Shown piece after piece: positions 1-12,989 of a stretch of 64,000 nucleotides of DNA. Source of the stretch: Paecilomyces variotii (lineage: Eukaryota); NCBI GenBank assembly GCA_004022145.1, contig RCNU01000014.1, one strand, 5' to 3'. Made by a program: the position numbers and the translations under genes. Every line of letters begins with the position of its first letter. The first letter of the stretch is position 1. The notes beneath the pieces are model-generated. The model ran no database searches. It saw nothing but the letters and a program-made list of their open reading frames with translations, and was not told the origin of the DNA.

Positions 1-1573
1 TGAGGATTTCACGGTAGAGCTCTTTCTGCTCCTGGGTTAGTGGTGCGTAAAGGATATATTCTCGCTTCTTGGGAAGGGACGTCTCGACATCTGTCTTGAC
101 TCGTCTCAAAAGGAAGGGCTTCAAGATAGCGTGCATCGTTGACACCAAATTGCGCTTGCGACGTTCGACAACGTCTTTTTGACCGCTCCTGTCGAGGACA
201 GACGAGAAATCAAACCAACTCTCAAAACTGTTCAGATCATTGAAGATTTCAGGAAGGAGGAAATGCAACAATGACCACAATTCAGAGATATTATTTTGCA
301 ATGGAGTGCCTGTTATAAGAAGCCTGTTCGCAGAGTTGTAGGATAGCAACTCTTTGATCAGTCGACAATTCATGTTCTTCAATCGGTGCCCCTCATCCTA
401 GAATGAAATTAGCTTCCTGTCTTGACAGTTGCAGTACCATGACTTACCACAATGATATATCGCCACTGATACTGCGCGAGGAATTTCCTATCGTTCATGC
501 AAATCTCGTACGAGGTGCACACGACTGGGAAATCCATCTTCTTCTGATCCTGCATTCTCATATGTTTCTTCCGAATAGCAGCGCGTTCGTCCTTTGTACC
601 GTGATATAAAACGGTCTTGATGCTCGGTGTCCATCTCTGGAATTCATCGACCCAGTTACTCACGGTACTCAGGGGTGCCGCTATTAGAAACGGTCCTGAA
701 ATGTTCTTTTCTTTGAAGAATGCTATCATAGAGATGGCCTGGACGGTCTTCCCAAGACCCATCTCATCTGCGAGAATGCCACATAGCCCGTTCATCCAAA
801 GCGACTTCAACCATTCCAAGCCCTCTAGTTGGTACTTCCGCATCTTTCCACCAGTGACCAATTCTGGTTGCTGTGTAGCAACAAGCTCTTGCTCTCCGAG
901 GGCCGTGGGCTTGGCCTCGTACTCGTCCGCCACTTGCTCCAACGCTTCCTGAACAGTTGGGTTATCTTCTGTTACGTTCACGTCTGCCTTTTGGAAGTAA
1001 TCTGCGATAGTGTTTGCACCGCCGGCCTTTTTCGGTCGTCCTCTCTTCCCTTTGCTTCCTTTCCCAACGTCGGCTGGTTCTTCCTCTTGCTTCAATGTAG
1101 CTTGCTTCTCACTCCCGCGAGTACTTCGTCTTCTGGAATCCCCCGCAGGAGCTTTATTTTCCTTCTCCATTTCCGCCTTCTTCTTTTCCGCCTCTCTTCT
1201 GGCTTCCTCCTGTTGCCTCTTTTGCTGTTCCTTCATCTTTTCCGCCATGATCGCAACGAATACCTGCAAAGACAAACCGCTGTTAGCTCATATACCAACG
1301 GGATATCAAGAGAGTATCACGTACAGAACTCGTCTTGAGCAAATTCGTCAACGCTTTGGCTTTGTTATCCATTCCCTCTGTATCTTCCTCGTCGATGTCC
1401 ATTTTATCACCTCCATTAGCACCCCCGTCCCCTTCTTGATGCGGTTCCAATTTTGGCTTCATGTCCGGGTCCGGCGTGATGGCTGCCCCTGGCGACGAAG
1501 CTTGCGTAGAATCCTGGCGCGAAATCGGTTCCCCCGACTCCGCTGGAGTGATAGGCGTCTCCGCATCCGACAT
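1..1573 (-). CDS. pasG: SNF2-family chromatin remodelling helicase, LSH/HELLS/DDM1/Irc5 type (5' part; runs off the left edge)
   Basis: GILADEMGLGKT (Walker A), spliced IIV|DEGHRLKN (Walker B), and an N-terminal AT-hook-like KRGRPKK. Introns at 1264-1324 and 398-447 (GT..AG with GCTAAC/GCTAAT branch points) restore the frame. Confidence 0.9.
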
Positions 1574-2333
1574 CGTGGCTAGGTTCAGACGTATAGAAGT
1601 TGCAGATCGAAAAAATAAGATATTGCAACTATGATTCCGGTGCCATTGGTGTTTTCAGGCAACAGGAGTACTTAGTGGGAGGTGGTTGCCTGTCACGCAA
1701 GGGCACCGACGCGCAAACTCAGCACAATGTGAAAACACACACAAAGAAGCGGAAGGCTCCGGAAGAAACTGATGTGTTGTGTCTCCCTAATACTAAGGGT
1801 GACACTGGTTTCTAAAACTGAGACCTTCCTTGATGAATTGCTTATCCTGGTCTGCATCCGCGTGTTCTCATTTTCGGACGCGGATTTTCGCGTTTATGCA
1901 CGGACCATCTTTATAGTGGTTTCTTAAGTCTGGACCCAAAAATGGCAACACTACTAACGACTACACAGAACCATGAGTAGACCTCTTGCTCCTAGGACCT
2001 ATGGGACAATAGATATCACCAAGATCACCTTTTATAGTGTCCCTTCATGTTTTCTACCACACTGTCTTTGGTGGCAAACTCCATCATATGCGCATGTACA
2101 CGTTTGATGCTTTCCACGCGGTACGCCTTCGCAGATTATCAGGATAAATTTGCAATGAGAGATTCTCAAGTGACTGTAGATGTGGATGTACAACTCAAAA
2201 CAGATGTCGCATAAGAAGAACAGGAGGGGAGAAATTAAAAGAAATAATATGGCACTCATACATCGGAGAAGGGACGATCAACCAAACTCGTTGAAACTTC
2301 ATCTCACGGTTTCAAGTTAAAGAGCAAAGACTA

Positions 2334-5019
2334 TTAGGTTCGTTGACGAAGGACACGCTGATTTGGCGGTCCATTCAACCTCTCGCTTCGTCTCGTCGGT
2401 TCTCTTTTTGTGTCTTTCTTGGTAAAAGCCTGTTTTGTCGATGTCGCAGGAGCCGATTTCCTCCGGGGATTTTTGCTGGTTTTGGGCTGAGACGTGACTT
2501 CAGCGGGACGATCGGGAGGCGACCTAGATGATTCCAGAGTGTTACCGGTCTGCTCAGGCTCAATTGTGCAGCTATTAGGCATACTCTGCCTCTGCTGTCC
2601 TCTATGTCTGAGAATGAGCCTCAACGGTCGTGGCTGGACCCGACTCTCTACTGAATCACCAGCTGCAGGCATCCCCCGTTCGCCAGGACGCCCATTCTCT
2701 CGTAATTCATTCTCCTGCTGATGGGGAGAGTGTTGAGGTTCGTTGGGAAGGGTAGAATCGCTATGCAGTGGCACATTAGCGACGCTCTCCTTGATCTCAG
2801 GCGTCTCATCACGGGCATACTTCTGCATGTTCATTTGGTGGTGATCGACATCGTCTTTAGGAAGATCCTCTTTCGGTTGCGTTTTTTCTGTGGGGAGGGT
2901 TTTCTGCTCCTCGATCTCAGCGTCCTTGCACTCAAGCTTCTGGACAGAAGCGACTATAGCACCCTGTTCTTGCTGGCTGTCCATCTTTGGTGGGATATTC
3001 TGACCAGGAGGAGTGATAGGCGAATACTCTGGCCCATAGTCCGAGTTATTAGCCTCAGTAGGGTTCTCGAGAGGGAAACGGTGCTTCGAAATAGAAGATG
3101 CGATTGACCCACCAATACTTTCTTCGAACTGCACCTGCTTCACCTTTTCTGGAATCTTCATAGTGAAAGTTTTCGCTTTCGCGACCAATTCGGGCCGTGA
3201 TTCGAAGAACGCTTCTCCAAGGGAAGGTGCCGGTGGGCGTTGCAAATGTCCCCGAATTGGAAAGTCTGCAGGAGCCTGGAGCGGACTGCTTCGCGATATG
3301 CTAACCTGATGATCGCTCTGCGCGGGAGTCTCTGTTTCCCTCCCACGTTCGCATGCCTCTGACCTTGCTGCCTCCAATCTCTGTCTAACCTCTCCAGATG
3401 AGGTAACCGTAACATCGGAGTTCTCTTCAATAGAGTTATACGACCAAGAGCCTCCCAGTGCTCTTAGGATGGGCTGCTCAGATAACTCAGAAGAAGCTCC
3501 TTGAGGGACACTCGTATTGTGATTCATCCTCGAAGGTTGCTCGCGCTCACCGCCAGGTCTGGGCTGTGTTATACACTGGCTCGAAGTGCTCCCAGTATCC
3601 ACAAGCCCTTGGCCTGTCTGAGCTGCCAGCATATCGAGATGTCGAATTTTAGCAGCCCGCTCTACGCCTATTCTGAGTCTCAGTACTCCATGCCGCGGAG
3701 GAGGTTGTTGGGAAATAGCCGTTGCTTGCTTAGGAGGCGAGAGCATATCTCCTTTGCGAATCCGCAGTTCAGAAGGGTCGACAGTGCTCTCCATTGAAAA
3801 TCCGTTTATGAAATCCACCTGGGTCTGAATGGCATCACCGTTCGTCCGCAGACTTGGGGAACACTCGACTTCGGGATCACTGCGGGGGCTTCGTGCAAAT
3901 GGGAGCGGCGTGGCTGAAACTGTTTGCAAGTTCGATTCCATATCACATCTCCAATGCAATCTATCCGGCTCTGATTTATTAACAGAGCTCTGCAGCACTG
4001 CCATTTCATTTCCCCATCGGCCTGCGAATAGTGGATCTAATCCACGCTTATGGAGGAACCGTCGTGCAGTCAAGACTTCTCCAGCTTTACATAGTAAGTA
4101 GTCAGACTCAGTTCCTTCTTTGAGGTTTCTCCTATGCCGTATAGATGTCTTCCGGAAAACAAGCTGAAGAGGAGGGCTGTTTCGTCTCAAAGCAGTATTA
4201 TCAATGCGCATCAGAGCCTCCAGCTGTTTCGCTCGCATTTCTCCCAGTTGAGCATTCTCTTCCTCGACTTGTCTGTTGCGATTGGCGATATGATTCCGAG
4301 TCTGTTCGTCCTGTTCAAACGTCAAGCCAAGCATCGAAATGATCTTAGGCCATGAGTGTTCCTCCAACATGTTCTCTATGATCTCCACTTGAAGCTTCGG
4401 GGAGAGATCTCCCCATTCAGGGTCAGTCAGCGGCTGCAGCTGCGAAAACATATGGTTAGTTTCTGTCTCCATTATTTATGAAAGAAAAATTAGGGAATCT
4501 GTAGGGACCTGCACATACGTCCAGTCTTCCTGTTTCGTTACCACCCCCGCTGTCTGCCATATCCTCGTCCATGTCATCTACAGCAGTTGATGTTGATGAT
4601 TCATGGTCAGATTCGGCCATGATAGCCATGTTTCTGTTGTACACGGTGTTTTGAATCCCGTTGCTCGCAAGGTAGTTATCCATATCTTCGATTGGAATTC
4701 CTTCCAATTCATCATCCAGTTCTCTATCCGCATGACGATACGGTGTTCTCTGAGGCGAGCTCGATGCATCATCCATCTGAATATCACCATCACGGTCCTT
4801 ATTCCTCTGATCATTCTCCCGAGACTGGCATTGTATCTCCCCTGGACGACGCGGAGTGCTCAGTGTTGGAAAGGCTGCGGGCGGTAGATTTGGGTTGAAA
4901 TCGATGTAAGGTGGCCGCGCAGGCGTCGTGGCGCGTCGCAGTGAGCGTTGCGGAGTTGGCTGATAAAACAGCTCACTTTCGAGCCTCTGAGGAGGGCGAA
5001 CACTATCCCTGAGTCTCAT
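2334..5019 (-). CDS. Hypothetical protein (~868 aa), largely low-complexity with a basic C-terminus
   Basis: ORFs 4456-5019 and 2334-4472 join in frame across intron 4440-4518 (GTATGT..ACTAAC..CAG). No domain recognised. Confidence 0.75.
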
Positions 5020-5606
5020 CGTGATACTCGACAGGACAGTCGGGTGGATAAGACGTTGACACTAGGTAAGATCCAGAGAGGATAGATGTGTCGTAGCAAC
5101 CTGATTGCATGGGGGCGACTTCAAATACGGGCACGAGCAGTGAATTGTCTCCAGGGAGGTGAATATCTGAAATACAGGTTGCCAGGTAACAAGGGAAGTG
5201 AAGTGAAGTGAAAGTGGGGAGTTTCCTGAGGATGACTGGTGTTATTGTATCCAGACTGGGCTCCAGAAGACGCGTGAGGACAACAGATGTAGTTTACAAA
5301 GATCAAGAAGCATATGGAAACAAAGGATACCTTTGATCAGCTTTATGTGTTCTGGGATGATACTTTCTTTCCTGTGCTGACAATAAGAATATAGCCCAAT
5401 GAGAGCACCATCCATCCGTTTCTGAAAACAGCGCTTTAGTACAGAAGAAGGGAAGCTGAAAGACCAGGGATTTCCCAAAAATATTAAGGCCAATTAATTT
5501 CAACGGGGGTATATCCAGCAACTTTTCACCCGTCTCATCCCCAGATACAATCTACAGAAGGTAAATCCCACTCAGAAACGCCTGTTACGCACTAACCCAG
5601 ATCGAT

Positions 5607-6548
5607 TCAGCGGTCTTGGAAAGGGGCCGAGGGATTCCTATCATAAAAACGATCCGTATCCATATCCATGTCTGTATCTCCCTGTCCTTGATCGTCTGTC
5701 TCGTTTTGTTGACTCAGGCTTCTCTTCTTGGAAGCTTGTACTTGAGGATTCATCCCGTTGGAGGATGACACCATACGCTTTGCCTTTGCAACATCCCGCT
5801 TCGCATCGAGGATCGATTCAAAAGACGCCAGGAGAATCCGCATAGGCTCTTCAATGCAGACACAGAATCGTCGATGTTGAACAGTGTAAAGGGCGTTGAC
5901 CGTATCCAGGTTCAACATCACCATCAAATACGCTATCACAACACTAGCGGAACGCTCATTGCCAGACTCGCAGAAGACCAGAACCTTCCTGTGTGGAGAG
6001 AATGCAATGTGATCATTTATGCGACGGATGGCTCGAGGAAAAGCCGCAATGAGTTCTTGGTTGTCCATCACATCGATCGCATCTGCTTCGATTCCCAGTT
6101 CAGCGGCGACCTTCTCTCCAGAGACCAATCGCGCCTGTGCTGACTGTCTGCTGCGAATCGCTAATAGTAGCGTAATGCTTTCCGTTCTGAGAAAGTCACG
6201 GTCTTTCAGAGAGGATGATGGTCCCAAATATAGGAAAGGTAGAATCAGCTGTGCCACTCTGCGCATTTCGTAGCTCCATTCGATCGGTTTTGCTCTGTCA
6301 ATGAAATCACTCATGCTCACGGAGTTGAAGAACTCTGCGCTTGCGAATTCGCCGATCTCAAAGTCATGCGACTCTGGAGCCATGGCGTCGAATCGAGCAG
6401 GGTCGTCCTCGTAGAATGGCATAGCCGGTGCCATCGCCACTTGAGGTTGGGAAGGCGCTCCAGACGTGTATTCATGAGTAGGAATATACAAAGATTGTTC
6501 ATTCTGAGTCATGGGAACCTCATTGGTTTTGGAGAATGTCGCCTCCAT
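5607..6548 (-). CDS. Dual-specificity phosphatase-fold protein, STYX-like (~313 aa)
   Basis: EWSYEMRRVAQLILPFLYLGP, P-loop VLVFCESGNERS and AYLM motifs. First ATG is at 6548. Confidence 0.85.
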   Translation of the reverse strand: MEATFSKTNEVPMTQNEQSLYIPTHEYTSGAPSQPQVAMAPAMPFYEDDPARFDAMAPESHDFEIGEFASAEFFNSVSMSDFIDRAKPIEWSYEMRRVAQLILPFLYLGPSSSLKDRDFLRTESITLLLAIRSRQSAQARLVSGEKVAAELGIEADAIDVMDNQELIAAFPRAIRRINDHIAFSPHRKVLVFCESGNERSASVVIAYLMVMLNLDTVNALYTVQHRRFCVCIEEPMRILLASFESILDAKRDVAKAKRMVSSSNGMNPQVQASKKRSLSQQNETDDQGQGDTDMDMDTDRFYDRNPSAPFQDR

Positions 6549-7985
6549 GTTTGATGTGAATGTTGATTTGACTTCGGTACTCTCCGGCAGCTGTCTCGAG
6601 GTCGAGTTCAAATGTATCTCCAGAAAAGAAGGCAAGAATAAGGTGTCTGCGACTCCTATTTTAATATTTCACAGATGAGACATATGCCAGTCGAAGGATG
6701 GCACGAGAAAGGAAGATATCAGAACGAAAAGCAGATGAGTCTCCTTTTGACAGGACGGTGTTGCTATTGGCTAGCATGCCCCCCAACGTTCAACTCGATC
6801 AGCAATTGCGCAGATGTTCATATCCCTATTAACGATATCGTTACAAAGATGAAAGCAGTAAAGAGACTGTCCCCGATCTCCAGAAAGAGGTTGCTGCCTA
6901 CAATCAGGGGCAGAAGCATCGAAGTGGGCAGCGACTCCCACGGCAGTACTTGTGGCTGTTGACCTTATGCCACCGACTAGACCGCTTCAGGCCCGGCTTT
7001 CCGCGATGGATGGATCTTCTGGCGGGATAACGTGACCTCACACAAAGCACAACGCAACCATATCTTCGTTCGATTTGCTCACCATGACCAAACGATTTAA
7101 CTCGAAATTTACATTTCTTGTCTGCATGTCCATGAAATTATGTTTTTCTTGCCCATTATATTATCTATAGAGCTAGTGATCAAGATATATATTCGGCAGA
7201 TACCATGAAAAAAGACGACTTACCACTTTTGGTTACATATACATTGTTCATCGAATTCTTTTCATCTCTATGGCCAAGTTCCGTGGCATACACTGTACCT
7301 GGTGTCCATAGCGAATCAGTTATTGAGGCTCTCTATGCCGCCCTTCTCGCATGCAGTGAGATACTCGTCGGTTATACCATTAGGTCGCCTCATGAAACAG
7401 ACGTTGGTTTCTACATTGGCATCATGCATCAGGAGCAACTGTTTATGTTTCTTCGAGACATCATATAAGAGGGATATGACGAGTCATGCGTCCACGACCA
7501 CTATAGTTACGATACACTGTTGCATCTGCAATATCCGCATACTCGCTATCAATGTCATAATTCATCCGTCAAATTTGTCCAGCTGGTGAATTTCTAAGAA
7601 ATGGAGCTAGGGAGATACCTAGAAATTAGAAAGGAATAGGCGATAGCAGTCGTTGTAGTAAGACAACTGATGCTGGGTTCTGACAATCTGGCTTCTTCAA
7701 CAACATGTGAAGACAGGCGTGGGCTGTGAATGCTGAATGTTCCCTACTACCTATGCTCTGGAAACCGACACTTAATGTCAAAGTACTAATCCAATCATAT
7801 CTATTTCTATGTTTTTAAAAATGCTCCTTGATCTATATATGTACAGTACAAGACAACACTGTCAAATCTATCTTTTCACGTCCCCCTAGAGAGTCGTATG
7901 TACAACGGCATATTCCACAAGACCACGATCCTTTTCCAACCATCAGTCATTGATGTAGTAAATGACAACCAATTGCGTCTCTTTA

Positions 7986-8682
7986 TTAGTTGCCAATCGG
8001 GCGCCAATAAAGAGTGACGTTAGCGCAGCCGTTGGAGCTGAAGTACTCCTCGCCGAGAACAAGCGTGCGCAGCGAAGAATCGCCAGTACCCGAGAGCGAG
8101 ACGAAGCAAGCCTGGGGCAAGTTACGCTTCAGGCCACTGCCAAGCGTGTCGCTCAGGTTGATGACGCCAGTGGTAGCATTGACCTGGGCAGTAACCGTCG
8201 GTTCGCCTCCTTGGATAAGGAGGTCTTGAGGCGACATAAAGATAGCATCACCAGATGGTGTGCCCTCAGCGTTGGTGCTACCGGCGATATAACCGGTCTT
8301 GTAACCGGCGAGATAGCCATCTTCGATAATGCTGAAGTTGGTGGCCTTGCTCTTGTCAGATGTGAACTGGAAGGCGACCCCGTTACCGCCACCGTAGTTG
8401 GGGTCGACATAGCCCCAGTAGCCGTCGAGAGTCTTGTTGGAACTATCTTCAATCTGGATGTAGGCCGATGTGGCTGTCGTGTTGGTCCTCTGACTACAGT
8501 GTGAGATAAGCGCGGTTAGCAAACTCGATACTAACAAATGATGCAACCACTCATGGATTGACTAAATCTCCTCCGGGATAATAATTATAACATGTAAAGC
8601 TTATTTACCTGATAGACGCCTGAGACGACAATTGGACGCACAGGCCCAGCAGAGCCAGCGACAAGCTAGTTGAGATCTTCAT
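7986..8682 (-). CDS. Small secreted protein (~193 aa), unknown function
   Basis: Exon 1 (8682-8609) encodes signal peptide MKISTSLSLALLGLCVQLSSQAS. Intron 8494-8608 (GTAAAT..GCTAAC..TAG) splices in frame into ORF 7986-8546. Confidence 0.75.
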
Positions 8683-11323
8683 GGTGATCTCCAGATTATC
8701 GGACTTGGGGCCGTTGGAATACCAAAAAGGATCTTCAGAGTATATTAAAAATAGCAGAAAAGGCAGTTTAGTTGAGATTCTCAGCACTAAATACTCAAAG
8801 CCTTCGCAAGACTGGAAAAGTTTACAGTAATCACAGAAGAGAGAGTTGAATGCTCCATCAATTTTCGGAATCGGAGCTCCGCGAGTAGAAAAGCCGAATG
8901 GAACAAATAGGGGCCAAAAAAGAGTTTTTAGCTGAAGTATGATATGATATTAGGCGGGATGAAAAGTTTTTCGTCGTGACCTGGCAAAAAGCATATGCTA
9001 CAAATGCGAATCTTTTGGATACATACTTGATATTTTAGTTATTACTTTCGATCTTGATAGAAAGACAATGGGGAAGGTCCCAATCAAATTATACTGTGTG
9101 GCTGATTAAGGGAACCACTATCTATAGCTATCCTACCAGTAACCATAGTAACCATACTGTACGTTTATGAACGGCTGAATTGGTGGGCCAACCCAAATTG
9201 GGAGAGGTTCCAAGGAAACGTTGGTGAACTCGAAATCCACAGTTCAGCCTCAACCAGAAGAAAAAAGAGAAACCATCAACCTTAATCAAGCGCTCCTTGA
9301 GTAACGCCAGCTGCCCTGTCTATATAGTATGGTTATGCGGTGAACTAATGATAGTTGTTCTGATGCACCGATATACCTTGCTTGCTTCCGTCGTTCCACG
9401 AAGAGAGGAGAGCATAGCCGACCCCCTTAAGTTTTGCAGGCAAAACTAGGCAGAATGTGTCGGTGTATCATGCCTCGAGGTTCTTTTGCAATGCGCAACC
9501 AACCTACCAAGCTAAATTGGTAGGCAGTGCTGATATGAAGTTTCTAAAAACAGTTTCCAGAAAGCGTTGGTGAAATTGATGATGTTGCAGGGGCGATAAT
9601 GGTTATTAATATCGAGCCAGGCAGCCATATTCTTGTCCGCCTCCGCCAAGACGGCCGTCCCTGCATCTCATGGCACTTTACCCGATCAGGAAGAGTGGCG
9701 GTTTGACATCTCATCATGTGATATCGCGTCTTCGCGTCAGTGATAAAGTTGTGATAGATACCTATTGAACCGCGTGTAGGGACTTTGGGGCGTATGAGAA
9801 AGGTCGCACTGATATTTCAGTTCTTTTGTAGAGATTGCTGCCGGCACACAAAGGCCGCATGCGTGGTGATCTGTCACGTCATCCACTTTGTATGTTCTTT
9901 GGGTAGGTGGTTAGGGGACGAATGTTGGATCGATCTCTCCCTTACATCTGGAGTTAAGCACGCGATCTGGCTTGATATCGCTAAGGAGGTTTAAGATATA
10001 TCATTCCTTCCGAAGTGTTTCGGACTCGACTATCGCGTTTCCAGGGTATTTCGTTTGGTTCAGTTATTACTTTGCGCTGTGAGCAGATTCGATGATGGAG
10101 TTAGGTTGTAGCGGTCCATCTGCAGTACCTGGGGCGCAGACAATAATACTATTACGCTGGAGATAGCACTATCCACGGATGCCTAGATCTTTCACTGCCA
10201 CACTGCAGATCCTGGCAGTAGTAGCGATATTTGGCACAAATGTGACGAGGATTAACAACCTCTGAATCTCCACGGCTAACCCTCGTTCTTAAAGTGATTC
10301 GCTATAGATTCGGACAAAACATGTGAAACATCACTCCGCTACCTAGACAACGTTACATTACAATAACGCTCCAGGTCTGCTGCGCTAGACTCTATCAGGA
10401 CACTGAATCGTCGGTCCATTTACTCTCCTCCCAGTAGTTACTTCTACGCTTTCATAAGATACAAATATCCTTGGCGAAAATCTCCGTGTGTCTATTCCTA
10501 CTCAGAATTACTATCACATCTATCAACACCCTCGTCAACATTGCAGTTGACACGATCATGGTATCTATGCCAGTCTATGAAGTCAAGTCCTGCGCTTGCA
10601 ACTTTGAAGTCAGGGGAACGGAAACGACCCAACCAATACCTGCATTTCACCTCCACTTTGCTCCAGGTAACTAACTAACTAACTAATTATCCATGAGCCA
10701 TACCATCCTGCAGGCACCACAGCACCACGGCCCCAACACGTCAGCATTAAAAATCCATCACTACCTAGTTAGGTAAATCACGCTCCATATCCAGTGATGA
10801 GTAGTACATGACTCAATCTGAGACGGCACCCTTGGTCCGTTTATTCCCTTGATAGGTCGATAGAGGAGTTACGTATACGAGCAGCCGAGGCGTCATTAGA
10901 GGATTATAGGCTAGGGAAGTCAGACAGGGCGTTGGGATGACAGTTACCTAGGTTGCCTCGGGCACGTGCTTCTATTTGTCGTGTGATTGTATGCCTGATG
11001 TTGACTACGACCAGGATGGGAGTGGTCAAGAGATAAGTGTATAGAGGAATGTAATTAATGAACAGCCTCGTTTTCTTCAAGGACTCTCGTTCGTGCAGCC
11101 TCTAGTTGCAAGTATTTCAATTTCGAAAGCTTGATTGTCTAAGAAATAAATTAAGGCCCCTGATTAAGCCCCGAGCGAATGGTGAGTTCTAAGTAATAGT
11201 GATGATGATGATAATAATAATCAAGGGAACAGCAATAGTCTGTGAGTTCAGGTCGGTTTTTTTGAATCCTGGCTGGCGTTTGACCTCTTCGCCAGAGTTG
11301 GAAGGGAAAAGTGGAAACCTGGA

Positions 11324-11350
11324 GGATAGGATAGGATAGGATAGGATAGG
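11324..11350 (+). repeat. (GGATA)n microsatellite downstream of the C2H2 gene
   Basis: About 5 tandem GGATA units are directly visible. Confidence 0.8.
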
Positions 11351-11720
11351 AAAAAAGATAGATAGATTTGGCACACAACCAGGGTATATTTCAAAGAAAC
11401 GCCACACAATTAACCTCCCTTTGGAACCGCGCCCGTGTGATAATAATGATAGAAAAAGTTGGAAAAAGAACAGCCTTAATATCGCACTCGTCGCAAAAGC
11501 CACAATTACCCTTTCCCCGAAAAACCCGTACGCAACGTATTTCGTCTCGATATTTCCGCTCAGCATTTGAACTTGGTACCGGCCGGGCTTCCGATATGCA
11601 AATTGGATATCCATATGCAAGGCAAGCAAACGCCGATCGTATGCACAAATGAAAAGGAAAAGCAGAGAATATATGTCCAATCAGTCATTTGTTTCTTTCC
11701 CTCGGTGGGTTATCATCTCC

Positions 11721-12563
11721 TCAGCCTTGCGTAGTCGCAGCCGGTGGCATAGCCTGCTGTAGCCCGGCCACGATCCTTTCGAGTTCCTCCAGCCGGCGAT
11801 CCTTCTCCTGGACCTCCTGACGGAGTCGCTTCAGTTCATTCCTGAGGTCGACGCTATTTCCATCTTCCTCTTGGAAAAGAACAGCGTTATCTTCCATAGA
11901 ATCACGCCTGCGTTTCAGAACTGGCGCAATCGGTAGTACTGAAGCTCGCATGCTCTCTACATCCGGCGTCTGCACAGGCAACTCGGTAGCTGGACCACTA
12001 TCCGTATGCATGTGGCGACGTCGCAAGTGCTCTTTCAGGTTCTCCTGTCTCGTAAACCCATTTCCTGTGCTGCGGTTGCAGTCCGCATAGGGACACATGA
12101 GGGGCTTCTTCGCATTAGCATTCTTCTTATGGACTTCGCGCTGGTGCCTGAGGAGGCCACCAGAATACGTGAACCCCTGGATCTTGTCGCATCCAGGCTC
12201 CATACACTTATACGGCCGATCATGCTTGTCCATGTGTTTACTGTGTGAAAAGTCAGTATTACGCTCTATTTTCCAAAAAAGGGGATACCGTGCAACTTAC
12301 TTCCATTCACAAGGACGACGGAAAGTTGGTGGACTGTGTTGGCAGTCAGGATGATCACAGTAGATCTGACCTGCTGTATTCTTAGGCGGATCTCGAGCCC
12401 TTCTGACGGAGAGGCGTGGACGAGTGCCGTCAATCAAACCCGGCGATGGCTGTTCATTCATCTTGGGTGGAGGAGAAATGGTATCTTGAGCGGAAGCCAG
12501 AATAGACGCGACACCTCCGGGACCTTCACTTCTTGGACTCGGATAATCTGACCCGTCGCCCAT
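11721..12563 (-). CDS. C2H2 zinc-finger transcription factor with C-terminal coiled coil (~260 aa)
   Basis: Three fingers (CDHPDC..HMDKH, CMEPGC..HQREVH, CPYADC..HLRRRH). Intron 12241-12300 (GTAAGT..ACTGAC..CAG) gives CEWN|KHMDKH. The start codon is uncertain. Confidence 0.88.
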
Positions 12564-12980
12564 ATCGCGATCTGGACCCCGCAAAAGACTGGGAGAGCGT
12601 GGGCCAAAGTCGACAAAATCGGTGTTAATGATGGATATATGCAGAACCACTTTTCTCAAAAAGGTGCATCAGCTATGTGTTGGAAATTGTTTGTGTTGAG
12701 AAGTCGAGGACTGTCAGATTGGAGCTGCAGATATATCGAGGTTGCAAGGCACCCGTCGACGAGAAAGCTGGAGTTGTACGCAAAAGGTCGCCACCTGGAT
12801 TTCCACTCGTACCGCAGCGATAGATAAAGCCTATAATATTATAGTTAGACTCTGGATCTTTTGGCACAGGATAGGTGATTCCCACGTGGAATGGCTTGTG
12901 ATGGACAAGCACTACCCGGGCTAAGGGAATGGGGGCCTGTACCGGAGAGGTTGCTGACTAGACTAGAAAGCCTCAAGCAA

Positions 12981-12989
12981 ATGAGTCAT
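12981..12989. promoter_or_regulatory. Perfect ATGA(G/C)TCAT Gcn4/CpcA/AP-1-type site ~420 bp upstream of the C2H2 gene ATG
   Basis: ATGAGTCAT is present in the sequence; function is inferred. Confidence 0.35.

Noticed and set aside
9130..9575. Degenerate direct repeat (CCTACCA..AATTGGT(G/A)GGC..CGTTGGTGAA) as an LTR or CRISPR-like array
   Set aside because: Two patchy copies only, with no regular spacing or LTR termini, in a eukaryotic context.
10793..10822. GTGATGA...CTGA as a C/D box snoRNA
   Set aside because: The boxes are only ~17 nt apart, with no later D box or terminal stem.
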